This document shows positions 5,478-6,850 of a stretch of DNA of 6,850 nucleotides, piece by piece. Below the pieces are notes generated by a model, which saw only the letters and a program-made list of their open reading frames with translations, was not told the DNA's origin and did no database searches. A program made the translations under genes and the position numbers. Position 1 is the first letter of the stretch, and each line of letters starts with the position of its first letter. The stretch is from the IMG/VR virus record IMGVR_UViG_3300038543_000040, positions 1 to 6,850 of that record; one strand, 5' to 3'. The stretch comes from a virus.

Positions 5478-6553
5478 TTACCCTGATCACTGGCACGCCA
5501 GGGGCCGGAAAAACCCTCTATGCGGTGTCCAAGCTCCTGCGTGATTTGGTCGGGACAACCGTCGATAAATCAAACGATGACGGCACAGTCACCAAAATCA
5601 CCCGGCGCATCCTGACCAATATCAATGGTCTGCTGCTCGATCATGAATTGATCAATGCTGATGCTGGCGGCGGTCTTGCTGATTGGCATCTATGGGCTAA
5701 ACCCGGTGATGTGATCGTTTACGACGAGGTGCAAAAGCCATGGCCACCAAGGGCTAACGGCTCGAAAGTACCCGACTACATTCAAGGGCTTGAGACGCAT
5801 CGTCACATGGGTGTTGATTTCATCCTGTTGACACAAAACCCGATGCTGATTGACCGTAACGTTACGGCGCTCGTCGGTCGTCATCTCCATGTGAGGCGGT
5901 TCGGTGCCATGGGTGCCGCTATCGTCTATGAATGGGATCATTGCTCCCGTAGTCTGCTGTTTTCCAAGTCAATAGCTAAAGCGCCTTGGAAATATGACAA
6001 GTCAGTTTACAAGCTGTACAAGTCTGCCGAACTGCACACAAAACCGAAAACCTCTATTCCCACTTTGGCCTTTGTTGTAGTCGGTGCCATTGCTGCGGCG
6101 GCTTATTTCATTCCCTCGGCTGCGGATCGCATCATGTCTCATGGCGACAAGGCAAAGATAGCGGGTAAGCCTGCATCGTCCCCAGTCACCCCAGCAAGTG
6201 CCTCCCGGCCTGCTGTAGGCGCTTCCGGGCCTGTGCTGATGGTGTCGGCTAAGCCTGACAAGATCGTTCATCCTACTCTTGCCGTTGGCCTTGATCGCGT
6301 GCGGCTGGTCGGCATGTCTACCTTTAACAAAGTGACAACCTACTTTTTTCAATCGGCTGATGGTCAACACGTCACATCGTTTGATCTGGTTAAAGTCGGC
6401 TATCGTTTCTCTGATCCTGTGGGCTGTTCCGTCAAGGTCGAAACCGACTCGGAATCCCGGCACTTCTTGTGTGACCCTCGCCCATTCGATCAGCCTCCCG
6501 CTCTGCCTGGCATGACTGCGGCGTCATCTACTGTTCAGAGTCCTTCCCTCTGA
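5474..6553 (+). CDS. Zot-like / pI-like phage assembly ATPase
   Basis: The ATG at 5474 gives MITLITGTPGAGKTLYAVS, with the Walker A motif near the N-terminus as in Zot/pI proteins. A Walker B-like motif is VIVYDEVQ. It has a single TM segment (IPTLAFVVVGAIAAAAYFIP), then a Pro/Ser/Ala-rich linker and a C-terminal domain. 359 aa. Confidence 0.85.
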   Translation: MITLITGTPGAGKTLYAVSKLLRDLVGTTVDKSNDDGTVTKITRRILTNINGLLLDHELINADAGGGLADWHLWAKPGDVIVYDEVQKPWPPRANGSKVPDYIQGLETHRHMGVDFILLTQNPMLIDRNVTALVGRHLHVRRFGAMGAAIVYEWDHCSRSLLFSKSIAKAPWKYDKSVYKLYKSAELHTKPKTSIPTLAFVVVGAIAAAAYFIPSAADRIMSHGDKAKIAGKPASSPVTPASASRPAVGASGPVLMVSAKPDKIVHPTLAVGLDRVRLVGMSTFNKVTTYFFQSADGQHVTSFDLVKVGYRFSDPVGCSVKVETDSESRHFLCDPRPFDQPPALPGMTAASSTVQSPSL

Positions 6554-6610
6554 CATTTTCCTTTTGAATACAAACGGAAGTTATTGAGTGAGACAAGCGA
6601 ATAGCGTAAG

Positions 6611-6657
6611 TCGAACGGCGGGGGTATGGGGGTACGTCCCCCATGGTCAACCGTCGA
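6611..6657 (+). other. Compound stem-loop in the intergenic region (candidate packaging signal or complementary-strand origin)
   Basis: The outer stem is TCGA(a)CGG / CCGTCGA (6611-6618 with 6651-6657). The inner perfect stem is ATGGGGG / CCCCCAT (6626-6632 with 6638-6644) with a TACGT loop. Confidence 0.45.
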
Positions 6658-6768
6658 TCAATCTCGTACCCGGCCCACTGGGTGCAACTTCATCACCCCA
6701 TGACATTTTCAATTTCACGCGCACCCTGCTGCGGTGTCGAGCGGTCGCGTCATCGTGTCACGCGTCTT

Positions 6769-6800
6769 GTGCGCGTGCGCGATGCGCGAAGCGCGAGCGT
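6769..6800. repeat. Tandem GCGCGA-type heptamer array (iteron-like) abutting an AT-rich block
   Basis: gtgcgcg tgcgcga tgcgcga agcgcga gcgt gives 3-4 contiguous copies of (T/A)GCGCGA. An AT-rich stretch follows immediately (6801-6837, equivalent to 1-36). Confidence 0.5.
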
Positions 6801-6801
6801 A

Positions 6802-6850
6802 ATTTATTAATAGATCACTTTAGGAAATTGAATCAATCGGGGGGCAATTC
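6802..6850. repeat. Right copy of the exact 49-nt terminal direct repeat (identical to 1-49), truncated by the window end
   Basis: See the feature at 1-49. Confidence 0.95.

Larger units (their letters stand above)
1..6801. mobile_element. One complete filamentous-phage (inovirus-like) genome unit, apparently circular and opened in the intergenic region
   Basis: A full inovirus module set in canonical order: Rep, ssDNA-binding protein, major coat, pIII-like, pVI-like, Zot/pI. It also has an intergenic region rich in hairpins. An exact 49-nt terminal redundancy gives a 6801 bp unit. No host-like genes are present. Confidence 0.8.

Noticed and set aside
6002-6463. A 153-aa minus-strand ORF inside the Zot-like gene, and other short alternative-frame ORFs (215-481, 569-922, 833-1069, 5690-5941)
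   Set aside because: All lie wholly within well-supported CDSs in other frames. None has a recognisable motif or translation signal.
5474-6553. Calling the Zot-like protein an enterotoxin or virulence factor
   Set aside because: Zot homology in inoviruses primarily reflects the pI-type assembly ATPase. Nothing in this sequence supports toxin activity.
6558-6579. The hairpin TTCCTTTTG-AATA-CAAACGGAA after the Zot-like stop as a rho-independent terminator
   Set aside because: The stem is AT-rich with an internal mismatch and is not followed by a T-run, so it is weak as a terminator.
6790-6830. A possible dif-like XerCD site in the AT-rich block
   Set aside because: I looked for the ATAA-N6-TTAT inner-arm pattern of dif sites and it is absent. 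The resemblance is limited to general AT-richness.
1-6850. CRISPR arrays, rRNA, IS elements or toxin-antitoxin and other defence cassettes
   Set aside because: There are no spaced repeat arrays, no transposase-like ORFs, and no unassigned space large enough to hold such systems.

Overview
The window is essentially one complete ~6.8 kb filamentous-phage (inovirus-like) genome. Bases 1-49 recur exactly at 6802-6850, giving a 6801 bp unit, and I see no recognisable host gene. This fits a circular genome or replicative form opened in its intergenic region, or one unit of a tandem array. Gene order is as follows. HUH rolling-circle Rep (184-1059, +). Small serine recombinase of the resolvase/invertase type (1090-1674, +). 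A divergently transcribed HTH repressor-like gene (1621-1938, -). A control region with two near-identical 17-bp palindromic operators (1980-1996, 2013-2029). A small basic ORF (2052-2255). A Pf3-like ssDNA-binding protein (2324-2638). A full-length type IVa prepilin (2649-3074). A major coat protein with signal peptide (3165-3377). A 92-aa membrane-anchored protein (3412-3690). A 22-aa hydrophobic micro-ORF absent from the ORF track (3695-3763). A pIII-like adsorption protein (3760-5187). A pVI-like protein (5190-5477). A Zot/pI-like assembly ATPase (5474-6553). A ~430-bp structured non-coding region follows (6554-6801 plus 1-183) and is the likely origin and packaging region. There is no secretin, tRNA, rRNA or CRISPR array. 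The most unusual item is the intact type IV pilin gene tightly embedded between the ssDNA-binding and major coat genes. Other points worth a second look are the serine recombinase packed directly behind Rep, the compact repressor/operator switch, and a textbook minus-strand intrinsic terminator upstream of rep with no obvious minus-strand gene to terminate. All functional calls rest on motifs read by eye and on gene order; no database search was possible.
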